Shown in pieces: positions 22,380 through 33,158 of a DNA stretch of 64,000 nucleotides. A program made the position numbers and the translations under genes. The notes below the pieces were generated by a model that was not told where the DNA came from, did no database searches, and saw only the letters and a list, made by a program, of their open reading frames with translations. The first letter of the stretch is position 1. Each line of letters begins with the position of its first letter. Location: NCBI RefSeq assembly GCF_054482525.1, contig NZ_CM137006.1. One strand, 5' to 3'.

Positions 22380-24233
22380 ATGAGACGATTTCTGACGACG
22401 CTGATGATACTCCTGGTCGTGCTGGTGGCCGGGTTATCTGCGTTAGTGTTGCTGGTGAATCCGAATGATTTCCGCGACTATATGGTCAAGCAAGTTGCTG
22501 CACGTAGCGGTTATCAATTGCAGCTCGACGGGCCACTGCGTTGGCACGTCTGGCCGCAGCTTAGTATCCTCTCCGGGCGAATGTCTCTCACCGCCCAGGG
22601 CGCGAGCCAGCCACTGGTTCGCGCCGACAACATGCGTCTGGACGTGGCGCTTTTACCACTGCTGAGTCATCAACTGAGCGTTAAGCAGGTAATGCTAAAA
22701 GGGGCAGTGATCCAACTGACGCCGCAGACGGAAGCGGTACGCAGTGAAGATGCCCCGGTTGCACCACGCGACAATACCTTGCCGGATCTGTCAGACGATC
22801 GCGGATGGTCGTTTGATATATCCAGTCTTAAGGTGGCGGACAGCGTGCTGGTGTTCCAGCATGAAGATGACGAGCAGGTGACAATCCGCAATATTCGCCT
22901 GCAAATGGAACAAGATCCCCAACATCGTGGTTCATTTGAGTTCTCCGGGCGGGTTAATCGCGATCAGCGCGACCTCACATTATCCCTTAACGGTACGGTA
23001 GATGCTTCTGATTATCCGCATGATTTAACGGCGGCTATTGAACAAATTAACTGGCAGTTGCAGGGTGCAGATTTACCAAAACAAGGTATTCAGGGGCAGG
23101 GGAGTTTCCAGGCCCAGTGGCAGGAGTCACATAAACGCCTTTCATTTAACCAAATCAGTTTGACTGCCAATGACAGTACGCTGAGCGGGCAAGCACAGGT
23201 CACGCTGACAGAGAAACCGGAATGGCAGCTGAGGCTGCAATTCCCGCAACTGAATCTTGACAACCTCATCCCGCTTAAAGAAACAGCGAACGGTGAAAAC
23301 GGTGCCGCGCAGCAGGGGCAGAGCCAATCAACGTTGCCGCGCCCGGTCATTTCTTCGCGTATTGATGAACCGGCCTATCAGGGACTGCAAGGCTTTACGG
23401 CTGATATTTTGTTGCAGGCCAGTAACGTGCGCTGGCGCGGAATGAATTTTACAGATGTTGCCACGCAAATGACCAACAAGTCGGGTCTGCTGGAAATTAC
23501 TCAACTGCAGGGCAAACTTAACGGTGGACAGGTTTCGCTGCCGGGCACGCTGGACGCGACATCAATAAATCCGCGGATAAGCTTCCAGCCACGGCTGGAA
23601 AACGTTGAGATTGGCACCATTCTGAAGGCGTTTAACTATCCGATTTCGTTGACCGGAAAGATGTCACTGGCTGGTGATTTCTCCGGTGCTGACATAGATG
23701 CCGATGCATTCCGCCACAACTGGCAAGGACAGGCACATGTCGAAATGACTGACACGCGCATGGAAGGGATGAACTTCCAGCAGATGATTCAGCAAGCGGT
23801 AGAGCGTAATGGTGGTGATGTGAAGGCCGCTGAAAACTTCGATAACGTGACGCGTCTTGACCGCTTTACCACCGATTTGACGTTGAAGGATGGCGTCGTG
23901 ACGTTAAACGACATGCAAGGTCAATCGTCAGTGCTGGCGCTGACAGGGGAAGGCATGTTGAATTTGGCAGATCAAACCTGCGACACCCAGTTTGACATTC
24001 GTGTGATTGGCGGTTGGAACGGGGAAAGCAAACTGATTGATTTCCTCAAAGAAACGCCAGTACCGCTGCGGGTTTATGGCAACTGGCAGCAACTTAATTA
24101 CAGCCTGCAAGTTGACCAGCTGCTACGCAAACATCTACAGGACGAAGCGAAACGTCGCCTGAATGACTGGGCCGAGCGGAATAAAGATTCCCGCAATGGC
24201 AAAGATGTGAAGAAGTTGCTGGAGAAGATGTAG
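22380..24233 (+). CDS. asmA: AsmA (outer-membrane biogenesis, AsmA-like family)
   Basis: 617-aa ORF with an N-terminal signal-anchor (MRRFLTTLMILLVVLVAGLSALVLL); position and length match asmA. Confidence 0.88.
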   Translation: MRRFLTTLMILLVVLVAGLSALVLLVNPNDFRDYMVKQVAARSGYQLQLDGPLRWHVWPQLSILSGRMSLTAQGASQPLVRADNMRLDVALLPLLSHQLSVKQVMLKGAVIQLTPQTEAVRSEDAPVAPRDNTLPDLSDDRGWSFDISSLKVADSVLVFQHEDDEQVTIRNIRLQMEQDPQHRGSFEFSGRVNRDQRDLTLSLNGTVDASDYPHDLTAAIEQINWQLQGADLPKQGIQGQGSFQAQWQESHKRLSFNQISLTANDSTLSGQAQVTLTEKPEWQLRLQFPQLNLDNLIPLKETANGENGAAQQGQSQSTLPRPVISSRIDEPAYQGLQGFTADILLQASNVRWRGMNFTDVATQMTNKSGLLEITQLQGKLNGGQVSLPGTLDATSINPRISFQPRLENVEIGTILKAFNYPISLTGKMSLAGDFSGADIDADAFRHNWQGQAHVEMTDTRMEGMNFQQMIQQAVERNGGDVKAAENFDNVTRLDRFTTDLTLKDGVVTLNDMQGQSSVLALTGEGMLNLADQTCDTQFDIRVIGGWNGESKLIDFLKETPVPLRVYGNWQQLNYSLQVDQLLRKHLQDEAKRRLNDWAERNKDSRNGKDVKKLLEKM

Positions 24234-24257
24234 GTTACCAGGTGACCTGTCCTGTAG

Positions 24258-24290
24258 GCCTGATAAGACGCGTGAAGCGTCGCATCAGGC
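24258..24290. repeat. REP (repetitive extragenic palindrome) between the convergent asmA and yegH genes
   Basis: GCCTGATAAGACGCGTGAAGCGTCGCATCAGGC is a classic REP-type inverted repeat. Confidence 0.7.
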
Positions 24291-24525
24291 GTTCGTGGCG
24301 GCACCATTATATTCTGAATATGTAAGTTCGAAGGCTGTTCCGTTCACTTGATGTTCCTCGTTACTATGGAACGCTCAAGCCGGTGAACGTGCCAGGGTGG
24401 CTCAATCTCCACCACCCTGGCAACCCGGACCCACACCCCCGCTGTGATGTCCATGTACCACAGACAACGCTTCATTGCTGAAGTTATAAGGCGTTACGCA
24501 GCATTGGGTAAAATGGCCGATACCA

Positions 24526-26109
24526 TCACACCTCGTATTCCATCTCGCCATCCTTATGCAGCGGAATAATCTGCACCTTCTGCACGCGATGGCTTTCCAC
24601 CTGCAACGTTTTAAGCAAATAATCCCCCACCTGAACTTCTTCGCCAGGTTTTGGAATACGCTGCAAATATTCCATCAGCAGCCCGGCAATGGTGTGATAT
24701 TCACGTTTCTCGTCCAGCGGCAGCGGCACATATTGCACCAGATCTTCCAGTGGCATATGACCATTCGCCGTCCAGGAACCGTCCGCATTCTTCTGAATAT
24801 CATGGCGGGCGTCGATCTCTTCCACTTCGTTCGGTAAGTTACCGGCAATGGTTTCTGTGACGTCACTTAATGTCACAATCCCTTCCACTGAACCAAACTC
24901 ATCCACCACAAAAGCAAAGTGCGTGCGGGCATTACGGAACTGCTCCAGGGCTGGTAACAACGGCAAGGTTTCCGGGAACACCAGCGGCTGGCGAATCAAC
25001 ACCCGCAGGTTGAGCGGTTCGCCGCGCAGTGACTGTTGTAGCAGGTCGATAACGTGAACAACACCGAGCAAATCTTCCGCGTCGTCACCGTCGGTAACCA
25101 CCAGCCGCGTATGCTGATTTCGCTCCAGCAACTGGCGGATTTCCTCTTCCGGCGCGTTGAGATCGATATGCTCAATATCGTGGCGCGACGTCATAATGCT
25201 GCTGACGGTACGCTGGTTAAGATTAAGGACCCGCTCAATCATCCGCCGCTCCTGCGGATTAAAGATCTGCTGGTTACCATGATCCACCAGCATGGACGCG
25301 GTTTCGGCATCCAGTTCCGCATCTTCTTTTTGCCCGCTAAGCAGGCGCATTACCGCTTCGGTAGTCCGCTGGCGCAGTGTCTGGTTAGCGGAAAGAAAAC
25401 GTCGTCGGTTAAAGATAGCCAACTGATTGAGCGCCTCGATCATCACCGAGAAGCCAATGGCGGCGTACAGGTAGCCTTTCGGAATGACGAAGCCGAAACC
25501 TTCTGCCACCAGGCTAAAGCCAATCATCAACAGGAAGCTTAAGCAGAGAATAACGATGGTCGGGTGACTGTTAACAAATTGCGTTAACGGCTTGCTGGCC
25601 ATCAGCATCAGGCTGATAGCGATAACCACGGCGGCCATCATGACCAGTAAATGGTCGACCATCCCGACGGCGGTAATCACTGAGTCGAGTGAGAAGATGG
25701 CGTCCAGTACCACAATTTGTGTCACCACCCCCCAGAACTTCGCACCTTTGCGTTGTGTGGGGTTATTGCTGTCTTTCCCCTCCAGCCGTTCGTTCAGCTC
25801 CATCGTGGCTTTGAACAGCAGGAAGAAACCACCAAACAGCATGATTAAGTCGCGGGCGCTAAAGGTAAACGAGCGGAAGCTGAACAGCGGTTGAGTCAGG
25901 GTGACCAGCCAGGAGATTGACGCCAGCAGTAACAGGCGCATTAACATCGCCAGCAGCAGCCCGGTAACCCGTGCGCGGTCGCGCTGCTTCGGTGGTAGTT
26001 TTTCGGCGAGGATGGCAATAAAGACCAGGTTATCAATGCCGAGGACCAGTTCGATCACAATCAGCGTGATTAACCCGGCCCAGATAGACGGATCGGCAAT
26101 CCATTCCAT
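24526..26109 (-). CDS. yegH: TerC-like membrane domain plus CBS pair and CorC/HlyC C-terminal domain transporter-associated protein
   Basis: The ORF track gives 549 aa. I place the start at the ATG (reverse complement of 26107-26109, [16 protein letters not shown]...), giving 527 aa. Confidence 0.8.
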   Translation of the reverse strand: MEWIADPSIWAGLITLIVIELVLGIDNLVFIAILAEKLPPKQRDRARVTGLLLAMLMRLLLLASISWLVTLTQPLFSFRSFTFSARDLIMLFGGFFLLFKATMELNERLEGKDSNNPTQRKGAKFWGVVTQIVVLDAIFSLDSVITAVGMVDHLLVMMAAVVIAISLMLMASKPLTQFVNSHPTIVILCLSFLLMIGFSLVAEGFGFVIPKGYLYAAIGFSVMIEALNQLAIFNRRRFLSANQTLRQRTTEAVMRLLSGQKEDAELDAETASMLVDHGNQQIFNPQERRMIERVLNLNQRTVSSIMTSRHDIEHIDLNAPEEEIRQLLERNQHTRLVVTDGDDAEDLLGVVHVIDLLQQSLRGEPLNLRVLIRQPLVFPETLPLLPALEQFRNARTHFAFVVDEFGSVEGIVTLSDVTETIAGNLPNEVEEIDARHDIQKNADGSWTANGHMPLEDLVQYVPLPLDEKREYHTIAGLLMEYLQRIPKPGEEVQVGDYLLKTLQVESHRVQKVQIIPLHKDGEMEYEV

Positions 26110-26550
26110 AGTAAGTACAAAACCTATTCGTTGTATGACAAATGTCACAATTCGATCATGGATAAATCGGGGCAAAAATGCAATGTTGCAGCACTATTTA
26201 TCTCATATTATTTGAGGTTTATAACCTCACATTATCCCTGAATTAAAAGTGGTAATAATAAAACATTATTTAAGAAATATCGCATGTGGAGACACTATAT
26301 TAAATATTGTCAACCTAAAGAAACTCCTAAAAACCATATTGAATGACACTTAATATAATTCTTAAAAATAGCCAATTGCCGAATTGTTACCTTGCCTGCT
26401 ATTCCGTTAGCTGTAACACTTCCTCCTGCATTATTGGAGAGCCAATATTCAATTACCATAATGTCACCTTATATTCGGAAGTTAATTTCCGCAATAACCC
26501 TTTCTCATCAACGACTGTATGTTGAGAGGGTTTTAAAAATTAAGCTAAAT

Positions 26551-26589
26551 CAGTGTATTGGTAGCTAAAAAGCCAGGGGCGGTAGCGTG
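26551..26589 (+). promoter_or_regulatory. JUMPstart element with ops site (GGCGGTAGCGTG) in the wza leader; RfaH-dependent antitermination signal
   Basis: CAGTGTATTGGTAGCTAAAAAGCCAGGGGCGGTAGCGTG contains the two GGTAGC half-sites and the ops core at 26578-26589, about 180 bp upstream of the wza start. Confidence 0.85.
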
Positions 26590-26767
26590 TCTGGATGCCT
26601 GAAAGACCAGTCTGAATTATTCTGTCAATAGCCTGCGGATGAAATCAATTTTTTTAGGACTGATGCCAGTTAAATTTTTATTCAATTAACTGCAAGGTAA
26701 ATGTGCATGGCGACATTGCTATTAACAGTGCACAGGATAATTACTCTGCCAAAGTGATAAATAAACA

Positions 26768-27907
26768 ATGATGAAATCCAAAATGAAATTGATGCCATTA
26801 TTGGTGTCAGTAACCTTGATAAGCGGTTGCACAGTACTTCCGGGCAGCAATATGTCGACGATGGGGAAAGACGTCATCAAACAGCAGGACGCTGATTTCG
26901 ATCTCGACAAAATGGTGAATGTTTATCCGTTGACCCCGCGCCTGATTGATCAATTACGACCACGCCCGAATGTAGCGCGCCCCAATATGACGCTGGAAAG
27001 TGAGATCGCGAATTATCAGTATCGCGTCGGGCCGGGGGACGTTCTTAATGTCACCGTCTGGGATCACCCGGAACTCACCACGCCAGCCGGTCAGTACCGC
27101 AGCTCCAGCGACACCGGCAACTGGGTACAGCCTGACGGCACTATGTTTTACCCGTATATCGGCAAGGTTCACGTGGTGGGGAAAACGCTCGCTGAAATCC
27201 GCAGTGATATTACCGGGCGCTTAGCGACGTACATCGCTGACCCGCAGGTGGACGTTAATATCGCCGCCTTCCGCTCGCAAAAAGCCTATATCTCCGGTCA
27301 GGTGAATAAATCCGGTCAACAGGCCATCACCAACGTGCCACTGACCATTCTTGATGCCATCAACGCCGCAGGTGGCCTGACCGACACCGCTGACTGGCGC
27401 AACGTAGTGCTAACACACAATGGTCGTGAAGAGCGCATTTCTTTGCAGGCGCTGATGCAAAACGGCGACCTCAATCAGAACCGACTGCTTTACCCCGGCG
27501 ATATTCTCTACGTGCCGCGTAATGATGATCTGAAAGTGTTTGTGATGGGTGAAGTGAAGAAACAGAGCACCCTGAAAATGGACTTTAGCGGCATGACCCT
27601 GACTGAAGCCCTTGGTAATGCTGAAGGCATCGACATGACCACCTCCAACGCCAGCGGCATCTTTGTCATTCGTCCGCTGAAAGGCGAGGGTGGGCGTAAC
27701 GGCAAGATTGCCAATATCTACCAGCTGGATATGTCCGATGCCACGTCGCTGGTGATGGCGACAGAATTCCGCCTGCAACCTTATGACGTGGTGTATGTCA
27801 CCACCGCACCGGTTTCCCGCTGGAACCGTCTGATCAATCAGTTGCTGCCAACTATTAGCGGTGTCCGTTACATGACGGATACAGCCAGCGACATTCATAA
27901 CTGGTAA
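26768..27907 (+). CDS. wza: Outer-membrane polysaccharide export lipoprotein Wza
   Basis: 379-aa ORF with a lipoprotein signal ([21 protein letters not shown]); first gene of the colanic acid cluster. Confidence 0.93.
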   Translation: MMKSKMKLMPLLVSVTLISGCTVLPGSNMSTMGKDVIKQQDADFDLDKMVNVYPLTPRLIDQLRPRPNVARPNMTLESEIANYQYRVGPGDVLNVTVWDHPELTTPAGQYRSSSDTGNWVQPDGTMFYPYIGKVHVVGKTLAEIRSDITGRLATYIADPQVDVNIAAFRSQKAYISGQVNKSGQQAITNVPLTILDAINAAGGLTDTADWRNVVLTHNGREERISLQALMQNGDLNQNRLLYPGDILYVPRNDDLKVFVMGEVKKQSTLKMDFSGMTLTEALGNAEGIDMTTSNASGIFVIRPLKGEGGRNGKIANIYQLDMSDATSLVMATEFRLQPYDVVYVTTAPVSRWNRLINQLLPTISGVRYMTDTASDIHNW

Positions 27908-27912
27908 TCGTC

Positions 27913-28356
27913 ATGTTTAACAACATTTTAGTTGTCTGTGTCGGCAATATTTGCCGTTCCCCGACGGCGGAACGCTTACTGCAACGTTATCACCCGGAGC
28001 TGAAAGTGGAGTCCGCTGGACTCGGCGCGCTGGTCGGTAAGGGCGCTGATCCTACCGCTATCAGCGTCGCCGCAGAACATCAACTGTCTCTGGAAGGTCA
28101 CTGTGCCCGTCAAATCAGCCGCAGCCTGTGTCGCAACTACGACCTGATTTTGACCATGGAAAAGCGCCATATCGAACGCTTATGCGAGATGGCACCTGAG
28201 ATGCGCGGCAAAGTGATGCTGTTTGGTCACTGGGATAACGAATGTGAAATCCCCGATCCGTATCGCAAAAGCCGGGAAACGTTTGCAGCGGTGTACACAT
28301 TACTTGAACGGTCTGCCCGCCAGTGGGCGCAGGCATTGAACGCAGAGCAGGTATAA
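27913..28356 (+). CDS. wzb: Low-molecular-weight protein-tyrosine phosphatase Wzb
   Basis: 147-aa ORF with the active-site loop CVGNICRSP. Confidence 0.93.
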   Translation: MFNNILVVCVGNICRSPTAERLLQRYHPELKVESAGLGALVGKGADPTAISVAAEHQLSLEGHCARQISRSLCRNYDLILTMEKRHIERLCEMAPEMRGKVMLFGHWDNECEIPDPYRKSRETFAAVYTLLERSARQWAQALNAEQV

Positions 28357-28358
28357 GA

Positions 28359-30521
28359 ATGACAGAAAAAGTAAAACAACATGCCGCTCCGGTAACGGGC
28401 AGTGATGAAATCGATATTGGTCGCCTGGTCGGCACCGTCATTGAAGCGCGCTGGTGGGTGATTGGCATCACCGCCGTATTTGCCCTCTGTGCCGTGGTTT
28501 ACACCTTCTTCGCCACGCCGATATATAGCGCCGACGCACTGGTACAAATCGAACAAAGCAGCGGCAATTCGCTGGTGCAGGATATCGGATCGGCATTAGC
28601 CAACAAACCGCCAGCATCGGACGCTGAGATCCAGTTGATTCGTTCGCGTCTGGTGCTTGGTAAAACGGTGGACGATCTCGACCTCGATATTGCGGTGAGC
28701 AAAAACACGTTCCCGATTTTCGGTGCGGGCTGGGATCGTTTGATGGGACGCCAGAACGAGACGGTGAAAGTGACCACCTTTAACCGCCCGAAAGAGATGG
28801 CGGATCAAGTGTTTACGCTTAATGTGCTTGATGACAAAAACTACACCTTGAGCAGTGATGGCGGCTTTAGCGCCCGTGGGCAAGCGGGCCAGATGCTGAA
28901 AAAAGAAGGCGTCACGCTGATGGTTGAAGCCATTCACGCCAGCCCGGGCACTGAGTTTACCGTCACCAAATACTCCACGCTGGGGATGATCAACCAACTG
29001 CAAAACAGCCTGACGGTAACGGAGAACGGCAAAGACGCAGGCGTACTGAGCCTGACTTATACCGGTGAAGATCGCGAACAGATCCGCGACATTCTTAACA
29101 GTATCGCCCGTAACTATCAGGAGCAAAATATTGAGCGCAAATCGGCGGAAGCGTCGAAAAGCCTCGCCTTCCTCGCGCAACAGTTACCGGAAGTACGTAG
29201 CCGCCTTGATGTTGCCGAAAACAAACTGAATGCCTTCCGTCAGGATAAAGATTCTGTTGATCTGCCGCTGGAAGCAAAAGCGGTGCTCGATTCGATGGTG
29301 AACATCGACGCACAGTTGAACGAACTGACCTTTAAAGAGGCAGAAATCTCCAAGCTGTACACCAAAGTTCACCCGGCGTACCGCACGCTGCTGGAGAAAC
29401 GGCAGGCGCTGGAAGACGAAAAAGCCAAACTTAACGGTCGCGTAACGGCGATGCCGAAAACCCAGCAGGAGATTGTGCGCCTGACCCGCGATGTCGAGTC
29501 TGGTCAGCAGGTCTATATGCAACTGCTGAATAAAGAGCAGGAGCTGAAAATCACCGAAGCCAGCACCGTCGGCGATGTGCGCATTGTTGACCCGGCAATC
29601 ACTCAGCCTGGTGTGCTGAAACCGAAGAAAGGGCTGATTATCCTCGGCGCGATTATCCTCGGCCTGATGCTCTCTATCGTGGGTGTGCTGCTGCGCTCGT
29701 TGTTCAATCGCGGCATCGAAAGCCCACAGGTGCTGGAAGAACACGGTATTAGCGTCTATGCCAGCATCCCGCTGTCGGAATGGCAGAAAGCGCGCGATAG
29801 CGTCAAAACCATCAAAGGGGTTAAACGCTATAAACAGAGCCAGCTACTGGCGGTGGGGAATCCAACCGATCTGGCGATTGAAGCCATCCGCAGTCTGCGT
29901 ACCAGTCTGCACTTCGCGATGATGCAGGCGCAGAACAATGTGTTGATGATGACCGGGGTTAGCCCGTCAATCGGTAAAACCTTTGTCTGCGCTAACCTGG
30001 CGGCGGTGATCAGTCAGACCAATAAACGGGTGTTGTTGATCGACTGCGATATGCGCAAAGGCTACACCCACGAGCTGTTGGGCACCAATAACGTCAATGG
30101 CCTGTCGGAAATTTTGATTGGTCAGGGCGATATTACTACCGCTGCTAAACCGACCTCTATTGCCAAATTTGACCTGATCCCGCGCGGTCAGGTACCGCCA
30201 AATCCTTCTGAACTGTTGATGAGCGAACGCTTTGCCGAACTGGTGAACTGGGCGAGTAAAAACTATGACCTGGTGTTGATTGATACGCCGCCGATTCTGG
30301 CAGTGACCGATGCGGCAATTGTTGGTCGTCATGTCGGAACCACGTTAATGGTGGCGCGTTATGCGGTCAACACATTGAAAGAAGTGGAAACCAGTCTGAG
30401 CCGCTTTGAGCAAAATGGTATTCCGGTGAAAGGGGTGATTCTCAACTCCATCTTCCGCCGCGCCAGCGCGTATCAGGATTATGGCTATTACGAATACGAA
30501 TATAAGTCGGATGCGAAATAA
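28359..30521 (+). CDS. wzc: Tyrosine autokinase / polysaccharide co-polymerase Wzc
   Basis: I place the start at the ATG at 28359 (MTEKVKQHAAPV...), giving 720 aa. Features: two membrane segments, Walker A (GVSPSIGKT) and a C-terminal tyrosine-rich tail (YQDYGYYEYEY). Confidence 0.92.
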   Translation: MTEKVKQHAAPVTGSDEIDIGRLVGTVIEARWWVIGITAVFALCAVVYTFFATPIYSADALVQIEQSSGNSLVQDIGSALANKPPASDAEIQLIRSRLVLGKTVDDLDLDIAVSKNTFPIFGAGWDRLMGRQNETVKVTTFNRPKEMADQVFTLNVLDDKNYTLSSDGGFSARGQAGQMLKKEGVTLMVEAIHASPGTEFTVTKYSTLGMINQLQNSLTVTENGKDAGVLSLTYTGEDREQIRDILNSIARNYQEQNIERKSAEASKSLAFLAQQLPEVRSRLDVAENKLNAFRQDKDSVDLPLEAKAVLDSMVNIDAQLNELTFKEAEISKLYTKVHPAYRTLLEKRQALEDEKAKLNGRVTAMPKTQQEIVRLTRDVESGQQVYMQLLNKEQELKITEASTVGDVRIVDPAITQPGVLKPKKGLIILGAIILGLMLSIVGVLLRSLFNRGIESPQVLEEHGISVYASIPLSEWQKARDSVKTIKGVKRYKQSQLLAVGNPTDLAIEAIRSLRTSLHFAMMQAQNNVLMMTGVSPSIGKTFVCANLAAVISQTNKRVLLIDCDMRKGYTHELLGTNNVNGLSEILIGQGDITTAAKPTSIAKFDLIPRGQVPPNPSELLMSERFAELVNWASKNYDLVLIDTPPILAVTDAAIVGRHVGTTLMVARYAVNTLKEVETSLSRFEQNGIPVKGVILNSIFRRASAYQDYGYYEYEYKSDAK

Positions 30522-30549
30522 CGACGCCTGCATTCGCACCGCCCCGTAG

Positions 30550-30579
30550 GCCGGATAAGGCGCTCACGCCGCATCCGGC
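30550..30579. repeat. REP-like palindrome between wzc and wcaA
   Basis: GCCGGATAAGGCGCTCACGCCGCATCCGGC is an inverted repeat of the REP family. Confidence 0.65.
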
Positions 30580-30613
30580 AAGCAAACCAGCTCATAAGTC
30601 GGGAGAACAACCT

Positions 30614-31453
30614 ATGAAAGACAATCCGCTGATCTCAATCTATATGCCGACCTGGAACCGCCAACAACTGGCGATTCGGGCGATAAAATCGGTCCTGCGC
30701 CAGGACTACAGTAACTGGGAGATGATCATCGTGGATGATTGCTCCACCTCCTGGGAACAGCTGCAACAGTATGTCAGCGCCCTCAACGATCCGCGTATCA
30801 CCTACATTCACAACGACATTAACAGCGGGGCGTGCGCGGTACGTAACCAGGCGATTATGCTGGCGCAAGGGGAATACATCACCGGGATCGATGATGATGA
30901 TGAATGGACACCCAACCGCCTGAGCGTCTTCCTCGCCCATAAACAGCAACTGGTCACTCATGCCTTTTTGTACGCTAACGACTACGTTTGCCAGGGCGAA
31001 GTCTATTCCCAACCGGCAAGTTTGCCGCTGTATCCAAAATCGCCATATTCACGCCGACTGTTCTACAAACGCAATATCATTGGCAATCAGGTCTTTACCT
31101 GGGCGTGGCGTTTCAAAGAGTGTTTGTTCGATACCGAACTGAAAGCGGCACAGGATTACGACATCTTTCTGCGAATGGTGGTGGAGTATGGCGAACCGTG
31201 GAAAGTGGAAGAGGCGACGCAGATCCTGCATATCAATCACGGCGAAATGCAGATCACCTCGTCACCGAAAAAATTCTCCGGATACTTCCACTTTTACCGC
31301 AAGCACAAAGACAAATTCGACCGTGCCAGTAAAAAATATCAGCTGTTTACCCTCTACCAGATCCGCAATAAACGTATGACCTGGCGCACTTTGCTGACGC
31401 TGCTGTCGGTGCGTAACGGCAAACGTCTGGCTGATGGTATTCGGGGGCGCTAA
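30614..31453 (+). CDS. wcaA: Colanic acid biosynthesis glycosyltransferase WcaA (GT2)
   Basis: 279-aa ORF; position and length match wcaA. Confidence 0.88.
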   Translation: MKDNPLISIYMPTWNRQQLAIRAIKSVLRQDYSNWEMIIVDDCSTSWEQLQQYVSALNDPRITYIHNDINSGACAVRNQAIMLAQGEYITGIDDDDEWTPNRLSVFLAHKQQLVTHAFLYANDYVCQGEVYSQPASLPLYPKSPYSRRLFYKRNIIGNQVFTWAWRFKECLFDTELKAAQDYDIFLRMVVEYGEPWKVEEATQILHINHGEMQITSSPKKFSGYFHFYRKHKDKFDRASKKYQLFTLYQIRNKRMTWRTLLTLLSVRNGKRLADGIRGR

Positions 31454-31455
31454 AG

Positions 31456-31944
31456 ATGCTGGAAGATCTGCGCGCCAACAGCTGGAGTTTACGCCCGTGC
31501 TGCATGGTTCTTGCCTATCGCGTCGCTCATTTTTGTTCGGTGTGGCGCAAAAAGAACGTCCTCAACAATCTGTGGGCGGCCCCGCTGCTGGTGCTGTATC
31601 GCATTATCACCGAATGCTTTTTCGGTTATGAAATCCAGGCCGCCGCGACCATTGGCCGACGCTTTACTATCCATCACGGTTACGCCGTGGTGATCAATAA
31701 AAACGTGGTCGTGGGGGATGATTTCACCATTCGCCACGGCGTCACTATCGGCAATCGTGGTGCCGATAACATGGCATGCCCACACATTGGCAACGGCGTC
31801 GAACTCGGTGCCAACGTCATTATTCTTGGTGATATCACGCTTGGTAACAACGTCACCGTGGGCGCGGGCAGCGTGGTGCTCGACTCTGTCCCGGACAACG
31901 CGCTGGTGGTGGGAGAAAAAGCGCGAGTGAAGGTAATTAAATGA
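31456..31944 (+). CDS. wcaB: Colanic acid biosynthesis acetyltransferase WcaB (hexapeptide-repeat)
   Basis: 162-aa ORF with left-handed beta-helix hexapeptide repeats. Confidence 0.88.
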   Translation: MLEDLRANSWSLRPCCMVLAYRVAHFCSVWRKKNVLNNLWAAPLLVLYRIITECFFGYEIQAAATIGRRFTIHHGYAVVINKNVVVGDDFTIRHGVTIGNRGADNMACPHIGNGVELGANVIILGDITLGNNVTVGAGSVVLDSVPDNALVVGEKARVKVIK

Positions 31945-33158
31945 ATATTCTGCAATTTAATGTGCGACTGGCGGAAGGCGGGGCAGCAGGTGTGGCGTTA
32001 GATCTCCACCAGCGCGCGCTGCAACAGGGGCTGGCGTCACATTTTGTCTACGGCTACGGCAAAGGCGGCAAAGAGAGCGTCAGCCATCAAAACTATCCGC
32101 AGGTCATCAAACATACGCCGCGGATGACCGCGATGGCGAACATTGCGTTGTTTCGTCTGTTTAATCGCGATCTGTTTGGCAATTTCAATGAGTTATATCG
32201 CACTATTACCCGCACACCGGGTCCGGTGGTCCTGCATTTTCATGTGCTGCACAGCTACTGGTTGAATCTAAAGAACGTAGTGCGTTTTTGTGAAAAGGTA
32301 AAAAAACATAAACCGGATATCACACTGGTCTGGACGCTGCACGACCACTGGAGCGTTACCGGACGCTGCGCCTTTACCGACGGTTGCGAAGGCTGGAAAA
32401 CGGGCTGCCAGAAATGCCCGACCTTAAATAATTATCCGCCGGTGAAGATTGATCGCGCACACCAACTGGTGGCGGGTAAACGCCAGTTATTCCGCGAGAT
32501 GCTGGCACTGGGCTGTCAGTTTATTTCCCCCAGCCAGCATGTGGCTGATGCTTTCAATAGTCTGTACGGTCCAGGGCGTTGCCGGATTATCAATAATGGC
32601 ATTGATATGGCAACCGAAGCGATTCTGGCGGACTTGCCTCCGGTGCGCGAAACCCAGGGCAAGCCGAAAATCGCGGTGGTGGCGCATGATCTGCGTTACG
32701 ACGGCAAAACTAATCAGCAACTGGTGCGTGAGATGATGGCGCTGGGCGACAAAATCGAACTGCATACCTTTGGTAAGTTCTCGCCGTTCACCGCTGGCAA
32801 CGTGGTTAATCACGGCTTTGAAACTGACAAGCGCAAGTTGATGAGCGCGCTCAATCAGATGGATGCGCTGGTATTCAGTTCTCGCGTCGATAACTACCCA
32901 CTGATTTTGTGTGAGGCGTTATCAATTGGCGTGCCGGTGATTGCCACCCATAGCGATGCGGCGAGGGAAGTGCTGCAAAAATCCGGCGGTAAAACCGTCA
33001 GCGAAGAAGACGTGCTGCAACTGGTGCAGTTAAGCAAACCGGAAATCGCGCAGGCGATATTTGGTACCACGCTGGCTGAGTTCAGCCAACGCAGCCGCGC
33101 CGCCTACAGTGGACAACAGATGCTGGAGGAGTATGTCAACTTCTATCAGAATCTGTAG
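31941..33158 (+). CDS. wcaC: Colanic acid biosynthesis glycosyltransferase WcaC (GT4)
   Basis: 405-aa ORF; position and length match wcaC. Confidence 0.88.
   Translation: MNILQFNVRLAEGGAAGVALDLHQRALQQGLASHFVYGYGKGGKESVSHQNYPQVIKHTPRMTAMANIALFRLFNRDLFGNFNELYRTITRTPGPVVLHFHVLHSYWLNLKNVVRFCEKVKKHKPDITLVWTLHDHWSVTGRCAFTDGCEGWKTGCQKCPTLNNYPPVKIDRAHQLVAGKRQLFREMLALGCQFISPSQHVADAFNSLYGPGRCRIINNGIDMATEAILADLPPVRETQGKPKIAVVAHDLRYDGKTNQQLVREMMALGDKIELHTFGKFSPFTAGNVVNHGFETDKRKLMSALNQMDALVFSSRVDNYPLILCEALSIGVPVIATHSDAAREVLQKSGGKTVSEEDVLQLVQLSKPEIAQAIFGTTLAEFSQRSRAAYSGQQMLEEYVNFYQNL

Noticed and set aside
26176-26767. AT-rich ~590-bp segment between yegH and wza as a possible mobile-element remnant or island boundary
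   Set aside because: No inverted or direct repeats or transposase fragments are seen. The content (JUMPstart/ops, promoter-like AT tracts) fits a regulatory leader for the colanic acid operon.
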